Shown in pieces: positions 47,477 through 56,860 of a DNA stretch of 64,000 bases (the first letter of the stretch is position 1; each line of letters starts with the position of its first letter). Both the position numbers and the translations under genes were made by a program. Below the pieces are notes generated by a model. It searched no databases. It was not told the origin of the DNA and saw only the letters and a program-made list of their open reading frames with translations. Source of the stretch: Oscillospiraceae bacterium. GTDB lineage: Bacteria > Bacillota > Clostridia > Monoglobales > WRAG01. The stretch spans positions 7,267 to 71,266 of the forward strand of contig WRAG01000001.1 of the NCBI GenBank assembly GCA_009780345.1, read 5' to 3'.

Positions 47477-47994
47477 TGGCTGAAAAAGGTGAAAGAACCA
47501 GAAAACAGGAGCGCGTTGACGCTTCGGTGCTTGATATAAAAGAAAAAGTGGTATCTCTTAACCGCGTTGCGAAGGTTGTTAAAGGTGGACGAACTTTTAG
47601 GTTCAGCGCGCTTGTGGTTGTTGGCGACGAGAACGGACATGTGGGATTCGGAAGCGGAAAGGCCGCTGAAATTCCGGAGGCGATTCGCAAAGGGATTGAA
47701 GACGCGAAGAAAAACATGATTACCGTGCCGATTGTGAACACTACTATACCTCACGAGGTTATTGGCGTTTACGGCGCGGGCAAAGTTCTTCTTAAACCGG
47801 CGGCGGAAGGTACCGGCGTTATCGCCGGCGGCGCGGCGCGTGCGGTACTTGAGCTTAGCGGAATTCGCGATATTCGTACGAAATGTTTGCGCAGTAATAA
47901 TCCGCGCAACGTTGTCGCGGCGACTATCGAAGGATTGGCGAGTTTGAAAAGTTTGGAAGAAGTTGAAAAGCTTAGAGGTATCAAGTTATCATAA
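47476..47994 (+). CDS. rpsE: 30S ribosomal protein S5
   Basis: [27 protein letters not shown]. Confidence 0.98.
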   Translation: MAEKGERTRKQERVDASVLDIKEKVVSLNRVAKVVKGGRTFRFSALVVVGDENGHVGFGSGKAAEIPEAIRKGIEDAKKNMITVPIVNTTIPHEVIGVYGAGKVLLKPAAEGTGVIAGGAARAVLELSGIRDIRTKCLRSNNPRNVVAATIEGLASLKSLEEVEKLRGIKLS

Positions 47995-47995
47995 G

Positions 47996-48228
47996 TTTGT
48001 CTGAACTTGGCATATTTTGAATTTTTCGCCCTCTTGCGTACAAGGGTTCCCGAAACGCCCCAACGAAGTGGACGTTTTGGGAAAAAGGAACAACAAACGA
48101 AGTGTTCGAGCTTTTCAGACGGTGTTTGTCTGAAAACGAGTGAAGCGAAGTTTGTTGTGACGGCGGCGAGGCACAGCGCGCAAAGACAGCGCGGCTCCAA
48201 AATTCAAACTATGCTCAATTTCAAACAA
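47996..48228 (+). repeat. Long family B variant (B ends plus module E core)
   Basis: TTTGTCTGAACTTGGCATATTTTGAATTTTTCGCCCTCTTGCGTACAAGGGTTCCCG...GGGAAAAAGGAACAAC...CCAAAATTCAAACTATGCTCAATTTCAAAC. Colinear with 45650 and 56130. Confidence 0.85.
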
Positions 48229-48284
48229 ACTGTCAGCATAATGCTAATGCTAATTTAGTTTGGCATTGAAAGGAAGAGTTAAAA

Positions 48285-48467
48285 ATGGCTAAAGTGTTAA
48301 AAATTACGCTTATGAGAAGCACAGCGGGACGCAAGAAAGACCAAATCGCGACCGTTCAAGCGCTCGGGCTTAGAAAAATCAGACATACGGTAGAGCAAAA
48401 AGACAATCCGGCGATTCGAGGTATGATTAATAGAGTTTCGCATCTTGTATCGGTGGAAGAAGTCTAA
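48285..48467 (+). CDS. rpmD: 50S ribosomal protein L30
   Basis: [28 protein letters not shown]. Confidence 0.97.
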   Translation: MAKVLKITLMRSTAGRKKDQIATVQALGLRKIRHTVEQKDNPAIRGMINRVSHLVSVEEV

Positions 48468-48561
48468 AAATTTTGAGCTATCAACAATTTGCCGCAAATT
48501 AAGCGAGCGGCACGCCGAAGAAACATCACGGCGGAGTATGTTTTGCCGAAAATTCGGCAAA
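48466..48561. repeat. Orphan B/A right-end remnant plus hairpin
   Basis: AAAAATTTTGAGCTATCAACAATTTGCCGCAAA resembles AAAATTCAAACTGCACGCAATTTGACGCAAA. It is followed by hairpin TTTTGCCGAAAATTCGGCAAA. Confidence 0.5.
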
Positions 48562-48582
48562 GCAAGATTAGGAGAGATTGAT

Positions 48583-49017
48583 ATGAACTTAAACGAACTA
48601 TCTCCGAGTATTGGTCGTAAGAAAAAATTCCGTGTTGGTCGCGGTCACGCGAGCGGAAACGGAAAGACCTGCGGAAAAGGACATAAAGGACAAAATTCAA
48701 GATCGGGCGGCGGAGTTCGTCCCGGATTTGAGGGCGGACAAATGCCGCTTCACAGAAGGCTTCCGAAACGCGGATTTACCAATATATTCGCGAAAGAATA
48801 TGTGGAAGTGAACGTTTCTGACCTTAACAGATTTGAGGGTAACGAAGTTACCGCCGAAGCTTTGAAAGCGGCGGGAATTATCTCGAAAATTAAGGATGGA
48901 ATCGTTATCTTAGGGCGCGGCGAGCTTGAAAAAGGCTTGACTGTTAAAGCGAAAAGATTCAGTAAATCAGCAAGCGAAAAAATAACAAAAGCCGGCGGCA
49001 AAACAGAAATAGTTTAG
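48583..49017 (+). CDS. rplO: 50S ribosomal protein L15
   Basis: [37 protein letters not shown]. Start at ATG 48583 after AGGAGAG. Confidence 0.97.
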   Translation: MNLNELSPSIGRKKKFRVGRGHASGNGKTCGKGHKGQNSRSGGGVRPGFEGGQMPLHRRLPKRGFTNIFAKEYVEVNVSDLNRFEGNEVTAEALKAAGIISKIKDGIVILGRGELEKGLTVKAKRFSKSASEKITKAGGKTEIV

Positions 49018-49102
49018 TTTAATCGAGTGCAGTTTGGTGTTTGGACTGACCGACGTGTACATTGGGTACATGAGGGAGGGAAAACGCCAAAATGTGCCGA
49101 GT
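49018..49102 (-). repeat. Family B repeat, short form, inverted
   Basis: TTTAATCGAGTGCAGTTTGGTGTTTGGACTGACCGACGTGTACATTGGGTACATGAGGGAGGGAAAACGCCAAAATGTGCCGAG. Confidence 0.8.
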
Positions 49103-49128
49103 AAACTAAACCGCTTAGGAGGATTACT

Positions 49129-50436
49129 ATGTTTTCTACTATTAGAAACGCGTGGGCTATACCTGATTTAAGAAAAAAACTTCTTTATACAATCGGACTG
49201 TTGATTGTATTTAGATTGGGAAGTTATATACCTGTTCCCGGGTTTGATTATAACCTTTTGGGAAGCTGGGTAGGAGAAGGAACTTTGCTAAGCCTTTTGG
49301 ACACGATGTCCGGGGGCGCGCTTAATAACGCGACCATATTCGCTATGGGAATTGCGCCGTACATTAACGCATCTATTATTATGCAACTTTTGACTGTTGC
49401 GGTTCCCGCGTTTGAAAGAATGCAGCGTGAGGGCGAAGAAGGCAGAAAGAAGCTTGCGCAATATCAAAGATACGGAACGGTTTTACTTGCAATTGTTCAA
49501 GCGTTCGGGCTTTACACTTTGCTTAGCCGTCCGGGATTTGCGGGCGATGTAAGCCTTGTTGCTAACCCGGGTTGGCAGTCTATGCTTATAATAGTTATCT
49601 CGCTTACCGCAGGAACCGCGTTTCTTATGTGGTTGGGTGAGCAGATTACCGAAAAAGGAATTGGGAACGGGATATCCTTGATAATCTTCGCAGGTATTGT
49701 TTCGCAAGTTCCGAACATGTTTATGGGCACGGTTCATAACTTGAGAGATGGAAATCTTTCTTATCCGCTACTTATAGGTATTTTGGCGGTCGGACTTGCG
49801 GTTATCGGGCTTATCGTTATGATGAATGAGGCGGAACGCCGAATTCCGGTGCAATACGCGAAGCGTGTTGTCGGTCGGAAGATGTACGGCGGTCAAAGCA
49901 CGCATATTCCGATTAAAGTTGCGAGCGCAGGAGTTATCCCAATCATCTTCGCGATGTCTATCATCATGTTCCCGGCAACTATTGCGGCTATGTTCGGCGT
50001 GCCGATTGACGGAACGGGAACAGGATTTTGGCCAATGGTTCTTAGTTGGTTAACGCCGCAACATTGGGCGTATGCGGTCTTGGTATTCTTGCTTATTATA
50101 TTCTTTACCTACTTCTACACGGCGATACAGTTTAATCCGGTTGAGATGTCTAATAACATGAAGAAAAACGGCGGATTTATTCCGGGAATCAGACCGGGGC
50201 GTCCGACGGCGGAGTACATTCAACGAGTTCTTGGAAAAATTACCATGGCGGGCGCGATATTTATTGCATTTATCGCGGTATTCCCGATTGTAATGGGATT
50301 AGGATTCATTGACGGAATGGGTGCGTTCGCTATCGGTGGCGCGGGACTTTTGATCGTTGTCGGTGTTGCGCTTGAAACAGTAAGACAGCTTGAATCTCAA
50401 ATGTTGATGAGGCATTATAAGGGCTTTCTTGAATAG
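49129..50436 (+). CDS. secY: Preprotein translocase subunit SecY
   Basis: 435 aa, 10-TM SecY pattern. Contains GIAPYINASIIMQLL. Confidence 0.98.
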   Translation: MFSTIRNAWAIPDLRKKLLYTIGLLIVFRLGSYIPVPGFDYNLLGSWVGEGTLLSLLDTMSGGALNNATIFAMGIAPYINASIIMQLLTVAVPAFERMQREGEEGRKKLAQYQRYGTVLLAIVQAFGLYTLLSRPGFAGDVSLVANPGWQSMLIIVISLTAGTAFLMWLGEQITEKGIGNGISLIIFAGIVSQVPNMFMGTVHNLRDGNLSYPLLIGILAVGLAVIGLIVMMNEAERRIPVQYAKRVVGRKMYGGQSTHIPIKVASAGVIPIIFAMSIIMFPATIAAMFGVPIDGTGTGFWPMVLSWLTPQHWAYAVLVFLLIIFFTYFYTAIQFNPVEMSNNMKKNGGFIPGIRPGRPTAEYIQRVLGKITMAGAIFIAFIAVFPIVMGLGFIDGMGAFAIGGAGLLIVVGVALETVRQLESQMLMRHYKGFLE

Positions 50437-50444
50437 ATTGTAAA

Positions 50445-50567
50445 TTTGCGTGAAATCACGCAATCTTTTGTCGAAATTACGTGGTCGGAAAATCCTCAAC
50501 GTATAACCCATACGCCTGCGGTTTTCCGCCACTTATTTCAACAAAATCTCACGCGATTTGACGCAAA
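50445..50567 (+). repeat. Family A repeat (A1 core), forward
   Basis: TTTGCGTGAAATCACGCAAT...AATCCTCAACGTATAACCCATACGCCTGCGG...TCACGCGATTTGACGCAAA. Confidence 0.9.
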
Positions 50568-50593
50568 TTTTGAATAAAAGGTGGTGGGGACTT

Positions 50594-51238
50594 GTGAAGC
50601 TAGTTATTTTAGGCGCTCCGGGTGCGGGCAAAGGCACGCAGGCGGAACAACTTGAGGCTTATCTAAGAGTTCCCACCATTTCAACAGGAATGATGGTAAG
50701 AAAAGCGATTCGAGAGCAAACCGAGTTCGGCAAGCTCTCGAAAGCATATATTGATGACGGGCAGCTTGTTCCCGACGACGCGATGATCAAAGTTCTTGAC
50801 GAACGGTTGCGGAAAAAGGATTGCCGGCATGGATTTATTCTTGACGGATATCCTCGAACCGTACATCAAGCGAAAGATTTGGAAAATAAGGGAATAATTA
50901 TCGATAAAGTTTTATCGGTTGAGGTTCCTGACGAGCTGATTGTCGAACGGTTATCAGGGCGGCTTGAATGTGGGAATTGCGGCGCGTCTTACCACGTTAA
51001 GTATCGCGCGCCGATGGAAGAGGGAATTTGCGACGTTTGCGACAGCCCGCTTATTCGCCGGGACGATGACATTCCCGAGATTATCCTAAAAAGATTGGCC
51101 GCTTACCACGAAAAAACGGCGCCGCTTAAAGAATATTATGCAAAACAAGGCAAACTTTGCGTCGCTGAGGGGCAAGGAGATATCAAAGACACCATTAATG
51201 AGGTATTTAAGGTGCTTGAACTGGGCGTGACGGATTAA
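50594..51238 (+). CDS. adk: Adenylate kinase (zinc-lid type)
   Basis: (V/M)KLVILGAPGAGKGTQ. Lid is CGNCGASYH...CDVCDS. GTG 50594 was chosen because the ORF-track N-terminus lies in the repeat. The start is uncertain by a few codons. Confidence 0.93.
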   Translation: MKLVILGAPGAGKGTQAEQLEAYLRVPTISTGMMVRKAIREQTEFGKLSKAYIDDGQLVPDDAMIKVLDERLRKKDCRHGFILDGYPRTVHQAKDLENKGIIIDKVLSVEVPDELIVERLSGRLECGNCGASYHVKYRAPMEEGICDVCDSPLIRRDDDIPEIILKRLAAYHEKTAPLKEYYAKQGKLCVAEGQGDIKDTINEVFKVLELGVTD

Positions 51239-52011
51239 TGGTAACGATTAAATCAAAACTTGAAATTGAGAAAATGCGGCGTGCAGGCAAGATTGTTTAT
51301 GAGACGTTAAGCCTTATCAAACAGCACACTAAGCCGGGAGTTACCACATTGGAGCTTGACGCGCTTGCCGAGAAGTATATCAGAAAATGCGGCGCGATTC
51401 CGAGCTTTAAAGGGTACAACGGATTTCCGAAAAGTGTTTGTATTAGCGTGAACGAAGAAGTTATTCACGGAATTCCGTCTAAGCGAGTGCTTTTGGACGG
51501 AGATATCATTTCGGTGGATGTTGGCGCTTGCGTTGACGGATACCACGGCGACGCGGCGAGGACGTTTGCGGTTGGCAATATCAGCCGCGAGGCGAAAAAG
51601 TTGATTTCGGTGACGAGGCAAAGCTTTTTCGATGCTCTTCTGTTTATGAAAGAGGGACATCGGGTGTCAGACATATCTGCGGCGGTGCAAAATTGCGTCG
51701 AAGAAAACGGATTTTCGGTTGTTCGCGCGTATTGCGGTCACGGAATCGGGAAAGACTTGCATGAAGCGCCCGAAGTTCCGAACTATGTAAGAGATGACGG
51801 TTCTAATCCGGCTAAAAATGTTTCACGTGGAACACGGCTGTATGCCGGAATGACGCTGGCGGTTGAGCCTATGGTAAACATGGGGACATCGGAGATATAC
51901 GTTAAGCCGGACAAGTGGACGGTTGTGACGAAAGACGGAAAGTTGTCGGCGCATTATGAGAATACTGTGTTGATTACCAAAAATGAGCCGATAGTGCTGA
52001 CGCGTGGGTAG
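51238..52011 (+). CDS. map: Type I methionine aminopeptidase
   Basis: Sequence includes VCISVNEEVIHGIP, VDGYHGDAARTF, GHGIG and HYENTVLIT. Confidence 0.96.
   Translation: MVTIKSKLEIEKMRRAGKIVYETLSLIKQHTKPGVTTLELDALAEKYIRKCGAIPSFKGYNGFPKSVCISVNEEVIHGIPSKRVLLDGDIISVDVGACVDGYHGDAARTFAVGNISREAKKLISVTRQSFFDALLFMKEGHRVSDISAAVQNCVEENGFSVVRAYCGHGIGKDLHEAPEVPNYVRDDGSNPAKNVSRGTRLYAGMTLAVEPMVNMGTSEIYVKPDKWTVVTKDGKLSAHYENTVLITKNEPIVLTRG
51819..51834. promoter_or_regulatory. parS: parS site inside the map coding sequence
   Basis: TGTTTCACGTGGAACA is the reverse complement of the B. subtilis consensus TGTTCCACGTGAAACA. It encodes NVSRGT in frame. Confidence 0.75.
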
Positions 52012-52022
52012 AGAGGTAAGTT

Positions 52023-52316
52023 ATGGAAGATATAACCTTAAAATTAGGAGATATTGTTTTTTCCAAGGCGGGGCGGGATATGAATCGCCATTACATTGTG
52101 ATGAGGATTGCTGAGCCTTATATTTGGACTTGTGACGGAGATTTACACAAGGTTGAGAAATTCAAGAAAAAGAAGATCAAACATACCAAATATATGGGTT
52201 GTCAATCTGAATATATAAAAAACAAGCTGACCGGCGGTGAAAAGGTTACAAACAGCGAGATTCGCCGAGCTATTTCGGAGTTTGTTGAGAGTGAACAAGA
52301 GGGAGAGGGCTCCTGA
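52023..52316 (+). CDS. KOW-domain RNA-binding protein (map-infA linked)
   Basis: LGDIVFSKAGRDMNRHYIVMRI KOW-like motif. The last codons and stop lie in repeat module E. Confidence 0.8.
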   Translation: MEDITLKLGDIVFSKAGRDMNRHYIVMRIAEPYIWTCDGDLHKVEKFKKKKIKHTKYMGCQSEYIKNKLTGGEKVTNSEIRRAISEFVESEQEGEGS

Positions 52317-52470
52317 AAAATGAGGACCTAAGTCCGAAATTTTTTGGGAAAAAGGAGCAACCCCGGAGCGCATGAGCTTTTGGGGTAGGTAATGATGGTT
52401 GGCATTTATGCCAACAATTACATTGCATCATTTCAACACGATTTGTGTGTTCTTTTTGCCACAAAACGAA
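52305..52470. repeat. Module E-related structured element
   Basis: GAGGGCTCCTGAAAAATGAGG...GAAATTTTTTGGGAAAAAGGAGCAACC... parallels 38437-38490. It is followed by hairpin GGTTGGCATTTATGCCAACAA. Confidence 0.65.
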
Positions 52471-52492
52471 TTAAGTGAAGGAGGTTGTGACG

Positions 52493-52711
52493 ATGCCGAA
52501 AGAAGATATGTTGGAAATAGAAGGTACGGTGCTGGAGGCGTTGCCTAACGCCACGTTTCAGGTAGAGCTTGAGAACGGGCATCAAATTTTGGCGCATATA
52601 TCCGGAAAGCTTCGTATGCACTATATTCGAATACTTCCGGGAGACAAAGTTACGGTGGAAATTTCGCCGTATGACCTAACAAAAGGTAGAATTACATGGA
52701 GAGGAAAGTAG
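52493..52711 (+). CDS. infA: Translation initiation factor IF-1
   Basis: [53 protein letters not shown]. Confidence 0.98.
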   Translation: MPKEDMLEIEGTVLEALPNATFQVELENGHQILAHISGKLRMHYIRILPGDKVTVEISPYDLTKGRITWRGK

Positions 52712-52726
52712 CGTTCGAGGGAATAA

Positions 52727-52845
52727 AATTTGCAACGAATAAATTTGTAAAAGAATGCGTGCATTGCGGTGAAAATCGTGAGGAAGCGTGTATAAATATA
52801 CCCGACTGAGGGATTTTCGCCGCAAGGTGCGTATTCTCTTACAAA
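52727..52845 (-). repeat. Family A repeat (A2 core), inverted, degenerate ends
   Basis: Core GAGGAAGCGTGTATAAATATACCCGACTGAGGG is flanked by GCGGTGAAAATC / GATTTTCGCCGC arms. Confidence 0.65.
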
Positions 52846-52868
52846 TAGTAATATAGGAGGAAAATTTA

Positions 52869-52982
52869 ATGAAAGTACAACCATCAGTAAAACCAATTTG
52901 CGAGAAATGCAAAATCATAAAACGAAAAGGCCGGGTTATGGTTATTTGTGAGAATCCGAAGCATAAGCAGAAACAAGGTTAG
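52869..52982 (+). CDS. rpmJ: 50S ribosomal protein L36
   Basis: Hand translation: [46 protein letters not shown]. Below the ORF-track cutoff. Confidence 0.97.
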   Translation: MKVQPSVKPICEKCKIIKRKGRVMVICENPKHKQKQG

Positions 52983-53093
52983 TTATCAAAATATCTATCG
53001 GGCTGAATTCGGGCGTGGTTTAGCACAATCGATTATTTTTGTGCGGAAATTATGCGCTGTAATCCGATAGATGTGTGATATATAAAATTTAGA

Positions 53094-53122
53094 TTTGCGT
53101 CAAATTGTATAATTTCATGCAA
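53094..53122 (-). repeat. Minimal family A unit (both ends, no core), inverted
   Basis: TTTGCGTCAAATTGTATAATTTCATGCAAA is the mirror of the 27711 minimal unit. Confidence 0.65.
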
Positions 53123-53145
53123 ATGTTATGGAAGGAGGAGAATTT

Positions 53146-53514
53146 ATGGCACGTATCGCCGGTGTTGACTTACCGAAAGAAAAACGAGTGGAAATTGGTC
53201 TTACTTATATTTTTGGAATCGGGCTTTCCACTTCAAAAAAGCTTTTGGCGACAACAAGCATAAGCCCTGACGTTCGAGTTAAAGATTTGACCGAGGAAGA
53301 AGTTTCTAAACTTCGTGAAGCGATTGACCGCGACTGCAAAGTTGAGGGTGATCTAAGACGGGATGTTGCGCTTGATATAAAGCGGCTTATTGAGATTAAT
53401 TGCTATCGCGGAATGAGGCACAGAAAGAACTTGCCGGTTCGCGGGCAAAGGTCTAAAACCAACGCGCGAACGCGTAAGGGGCCTAAGCGTACAGTAGCAA
53501 ACAAGAAGAAATAG
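53146..53514 (+). CDS. rpsM: 30S ribosomal protein S13
   Basis: [26 protein letters not shown]. Confidence 0.98.
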   Translation: MARIAGVDLPKEKRVEIGLTYIFGIGLSTSKKLLATTSISPDVRVKDLTEEEVSKLREAIDRDCKVEGDLRRDVALDIKRLIEINCYRGMRHRKNLPVRGQRSKTNARTRKGPKRTVANKKK

Positions 53515-53526
53515 TATTTGATAATT

Positions 53527-53626
53527 TTTGGCACATTTTGAATTTTTCGCCCACTTGCGTACCTTTGTACGCGGCGTGGCACAGTGCGCAAAAGCAGCGC
53601 AGCTCCAAAATTCAAACTGCACTCAA
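53527..53626 (+). repeat. Family B repeat, short form, forward
   Basis: TTTTGGCACATTTTGAATTTTTCGCCCACTTGCGTACCTTTGTACGCGGCGTGGCACAGTGCGCAAAAGCAGCGCAGCTCCAAAATTCAAACTGCACTCAAAA. Confidence 0.88.
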
Positions 53627-53684
53627 AATTTATCAAATATAGCAGAAGTTAATTGATTTTATTCGAATTGAGAGGTGAGCAAAA

Positions 53685-54083
53685 ATGCCGAAAGCAGTAG
53701 CTAAAAGAGGTACAAGGCGAAGAAGAGAGAAGAAGAATATCGAGCGTGGCGCGGCGCATATCAAGTCCACGTTTAATAATACAATCGTTACATTAACCGA
53801 TGTATCAGGCAATGCGTTGTCGTGGGCGAGCGCGGGCGGAATGGGATTCCGTGGCTCGAAGAAAAGCACACCATTTGCGGCGCAAATGGCGGCGGAAACA
53901 GCGGCGAAAGCGGCTATGGAGCATGGGCTAAAAACCGTTGAGGTTTATGTTAAAGGTCCCGGCGCGGGACGCGAGGCGGCAATTCGCGCGCTTCAAGGCG
54001 CAGGGTTGGAAGTTAATATGATTAAAGACGTTACGCCGATACCGCATAATGGGTGTAGGCCGCCGAAGAGACGTAGAGTTTAA
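53685..54083 (+). CDS. rpsK: 30S ribosomal protein S11
   Basis: [30 protein letters not shown]. Confidence 0.98.
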   Translation: MPKAVAKRGTRRRREKKNIERGAAHIKSTFNNTIVTLTDVSGNALSWASAGGMGFRGSKKSTPFAAQMAAETAAKAAMEHGLKTVEVYVKGPGAGREAAIRALQGAGLEVNMIKDVTPIPHNGCRPPKRRRV

Positions 54084-54086
54084 CAA

Positions 54087-54294
54087 TTTTCGCGAAATTG
54101 GCACATTTTGAATTTTTTGGCGAGTTGTCGAAAACGAGTTTTCGCTAACAACTTCCCTGCAAGGCTTTCTAAAGAGTACGAGTCGTTTGTTGACGAAGTG
54201 CGATTTGCTGAAAGCTACTGCCGCCCTCTTGCGTACTTTTGTACGCGGCGTGGCATAGCGGGCAAAAAATCCAAACTGCGCTCAATTTCACAAA
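54087..54294 (+). repeat. Family B repeat with nested module F
   Basis: TTTCGCGAAATTGGCACATTTTGAATTTTTT, then module F (GGCGAGTTGTCGAAAACGAG..., colinear with 40426-40527), CCCTCTTGCGTACTTTTGTACGCGGCGTGG, AAAAAATCCAAACTGCGCTCAATTTCAC. Confidence 0.88.
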
Positions 54295-54342
54295 AATCAT
54301 GTTTGTGAATTTTAAAATTTTTCGTATTGATAAGATTTTAAA

Positions 54343-54464
54343 TTTGCGTCAAATTGCGTGAGATTTCGTTGAAACAAGAGTCGGAAAACCGCAGGCGTAC
54401 ATCAAGTACGTTGAGGATTTTGCGGCTCGCAGGTTCGGCGAAAGGTTGCGTGATTTCACGCAAA
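54343..54464 (-). repeat. Family A repeat (A1 core), inverted
   Basis: TTTGCGTCAAATTGCGTGAGAT...CCGCAGGCGTACATCAAGTACGTTGAGGATT...TTGCGTGATTTCACGCAAA. Confidence 0.9.
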
Positions 54465-54486
54465 TGCTGAGAAAGGAGAGATAACT

Positions 54487-55110
54487 ATGGCTAGATATAC
54501 AGGTTCGGTATGTCGCTTGTGTCGTCGCGAGGGCGAGAAGTTGTTCCTAAAAGGCGATAGATGTTATACCGGAAAATGTGGCGTTGTTCGTCGCGCATAT
54601 GCGCCGGGGCAACACGGACAAGGACGTAAAAAATTGTCGCAGCATGGAGTTCAGCTTCGTGAAAAGCAAAAAACTAAACGCTATTACGGCGTATTAGAGG
54701 GGCAATTTAGAAAATATTTTGGAATGGCTGTTAAAAAACAAGGAATTACAGGTGAAAACTTGCTTCAAATTTTGGAAAGCCGGTTGGATAATGTAATTTA
54801 CAGAGTAGGGCTTGCAAGTTCGCGCGCTGAGGCGAGGCAGCTTGTGAATCACGGACATTTTACCATTAACGGTAAAAAGGTGAACATACCGTCTTACTTG
54901 GTGAAAGCGGGAGAAGTTATATCTGTTCGTGAAAAGTCGCGTGGCAGTAGCCGTATCAAAGATTTGATGGACGGTCGCGGTCGGGCGGTTCCGAAATGGC
55001 TTGATATGGACAGAAATACTATGACTGCAAGAGTTGTGGCATTGGCAAGTCGTGAGGATATTGATCTTCCGATACAAGAACACTTGATAGTTGAGTTGTA
55101 TTCTAAGTAG
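54487..55110 (+). CDS. rpsD: 30S ribosomal protein S4
   Basis: [27 protein letters not shown]4 domain present. Confidence 0.98.
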   Translation: MARYTGSVCRLCRREGEKLFLKGDRCYTGKCGVVRRAYAPGQHGQGRKKLSQHGVQLREKQKTKRYYGVLEGQFRKYFGMAVKKQGITGENLLQILESRLDNVIYRVGLASSRAEARQLVNHGHFTINGKKVNIPSYLVKAGEVISVREKSRGSSRIKDLMDGRGRAVPKWLDMDRNTMTARVVALASREDIDLPIQEHLIVELYSK

Positions 55111-55178
55111 TATATAGCCCGATGGTGATATATACTGGATTATAGCAGTGTATTATAATTAAAAAAGGGGGCTAGGTT

Positions 55179-56129
55179 TTGATTGAGATAGAAAGACCGA
55201 GAGTAGAACGGGTGAATTCCGATTCGGATAACGTGCATGGCGTATTTGTGGTCGAGCCGTTAGAGCGTGGATACGGAATTACCCTTGGGAACTCACTTCG
55301 CAGGATACTTTTGTCGTCACTTCCCGGTGTTGCGGTTACTTCCATCAAGATTGAGGGAGTTTTGCACGAATTTTCTACCATTCCGGGAGTGAAGGAAGAT
55401 GTTACCGAGATTGTGCTTAATATCAAAGGGTTGCTTGCGAAACTTCATTCGGAAGGTATGAAAACTCTTTACATTGACGCGCAAGGCGAGGGAGCGATTA
55501 CCGCCGGAGATATTAAAAAGGACGCGGATGTTGAAATCCTAAATCCTGAGCATCACATCGCGACATTGACGTCGGACGCGCGGCTTTACATGGAAATTAC
55601 CATAGACAAAGGGCGCGGATACGTTGCGAGCGAAACGAATAAGCAGATGATGCAACCTGTGATTGGCGTTATTCCGACCGACAGTATTTACACGCCGGTA
55701 AGGAAAGTGAATTACACGGTTGAAAATACGCGCGTTGGAAACGTTACCGACTTTGATAAGTTGACAATTGATGTTTGGACAGACGGAACAATTGATCCGT
55801 CGGACGCGATAAGTCTTGGCGCGAAAATTATGAACGAGCACCTTAACTTGTTTATCGACCTTTCGGAAAATGCGAAAAACGCTGAAATTATGGTCGAAAA
55901 GGAAGAGAACAAGAAAGAAAAAGTGCTTGAAACCACAATCGAAGAGCTTGATTTGTCGGTTCGTTCGTATAATTGCTTGAAGCGCGCGGGAATTAATACG
56001 GTTCAAGATTTGACGACCAGATCGGAAAACGACATGATGAAAGTTCGGAATCTTGGGCGAAAATCGCTTGAGGAAGTTATCCATAAGTTGTTGGGGATGG
56101 GACTTTCGCTGGCGAAAGACGAAGAGTAG
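55179..56129 (+). CDS. rpoA: DNA-directed RNA polymerase subunit alpha
   Basis: [18 protein letters not shown] and C-terminal domain [19 protein letters not shown] start. Confidence 0.97.
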   Translation: MIEIERPRVERVNSDSDNVHGVFVVEPLERGYGITLGNSLRRILLSSLPGVAVTSIKIEGVLHEFSTIPGVKEDVTEIVLNIKGLLAKLHSEGMKTLYIDAQGEGAITAGDIKKDADVEILNPEHHIATLTSDARLYMEITIDKGRGYVASETNKQMMQPVIGVIPTDSIYTPVRKVNYTVENTRVGNVTDFDKLTIDVWTDGTIDPSDAISLGAKIMNEHLNLFIDLSENAKNAEIMVEKEENKKEKVLETTIEELDLSVRSYNCLKRAGINTVQDLTTRSENDMMKVRNLGRKSLEEVIHKLLGMGLSLAKDEE

Positions 56130-56358
56130 TTGCGCCAAATTACGCACATTTTGGATTTTTCCGCCCCCTTGTGTACAAGGGCTCCCGCAAAGTCGGTTTG
56201 TGACTTTGTGGGAAAAAGGAGCAACAACGGAACATGCGAGGTTTTCGGACGGGTTTTGTCCGAAAACGAGCAAAGTGGAATTTGTTGTGACGACGGCGGT
56301 GCATGGCGCCCAAAAGCGGCGCGGCGTTAAAATCCAAACTGCACGCAATTTGACACAA
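56130..56358 (+). repeat. Long family B variant framed by family A-type ends
   Basis: Starts directly after the rpoA TAG with TTGCGCCAAATTACGCACATTTTGGATTTTT. Contains ...GTACAAGGGCTCCCGCAAAGTCGG...GGGAAAAAGGAGCAAC... and ends AAAATCCAAACTGCACGCAATTTGACACAA. Colinear with 45650-45881. Confidence 0.88.
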
Positions 56359-56388
56359 CTACAAGAATAACAGTGATATAAAATTTTG

Positions 56389-56434
56389 TCAAAAATACAA
56401 AATGCTTTGCATTTTTGTGGTGTGACCAATTTTG
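56389..56434. repeat. Conserved block D upstream of rplQ
   Basis: Hairpin CAAAAATACAAA-ATGC-TTTGCATTTTTG. The 35 nt AAATGCTTTGCATTTTTGTGGTGTGACCAATTTTG (56400-56434) are identical to 46506-46540. Confidence 0.75.
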
Positions 56435-56463
56435 GCGAAATTACTGAGATAGGAGGATTAACA

Positions 56464-56805
56464 ATGGCTCATCAAAGAAAGCTTGGCAAAACTACCGACC
56501 AAAGATTGGCGATGTTGCGTCAGCTTACCACGTCGGTTTTAGAGCATGGAAGAATTGAGACTACCACAACGCGCGCGAAAGAAGTTCGCAAACTTGTGGA
56601 TAAGATGATTACGCTTGGAAAGACTAACACGCTTCATACCAGGCGGCAAGCACTTTCGTGGATGACACAGGAAGATACTGTTACGAAACTGTTTGAAGAA
56701 ATCGCGCCGAAGTACGCTGAGCGTAACGGCGGATATACGAGAATCATCAAAATCGGACCTCGACGCGGAGACGCGGCGGAGATTTCGGTATTGGAATTGG
56801 TGTAA
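56464..56805 (+). CDS. rplQ: 50S ribosomal protein L17
   Basis: [34 protein letters not shown]. Confidence 0.98.
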   Translation: MAHQRKLGKTTDQRLAMLRQLTTSVLEHGRIETTTTRAKEVRKLVDKMITLGKTNTLHTRRQALSWMTQEDTVTKLFEEIAPKYAERNGGYTRIIKIGPRRGDAAEISVLELV

Positions 56806-56808
56806 ATT

Positions 56809-56832
56809 AAAAGAGCCGCAAGGCTCTTTTTT
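56809..56832 (+). terminator. Intrinsic terminator ending the alpha operon
   Basis: AAAAGAGCC-GCAA-GGCTCTTTTTTG. Confidence 0.85.
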
Positions 56833-56860
56833 GTTAAATTTCTTAAATAGGTGAAGTTTT

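Noticed and set aside
37058-56434. The possibility that the regularly recurring repeats form a CRISPR array.
   Set aside because: The units are 85-390 bp, occur in both orientations, belong to several families, and are separated by conserved ribosomal protein genes rather than short unique spacers. No cas genes are present.
37058-56434. The possibility that the intergenic elements are known r-protein autoregulatory leaders, T-boxes or riboswitches.
   Set aside because: The same sequences occur next to unrelated genes (thyA/folA, ogg, fba, uppP, rodA) and in both orientations. That does not fit gene-specific cis-regulators, and no T-box or riboswitch core motifs were seen.
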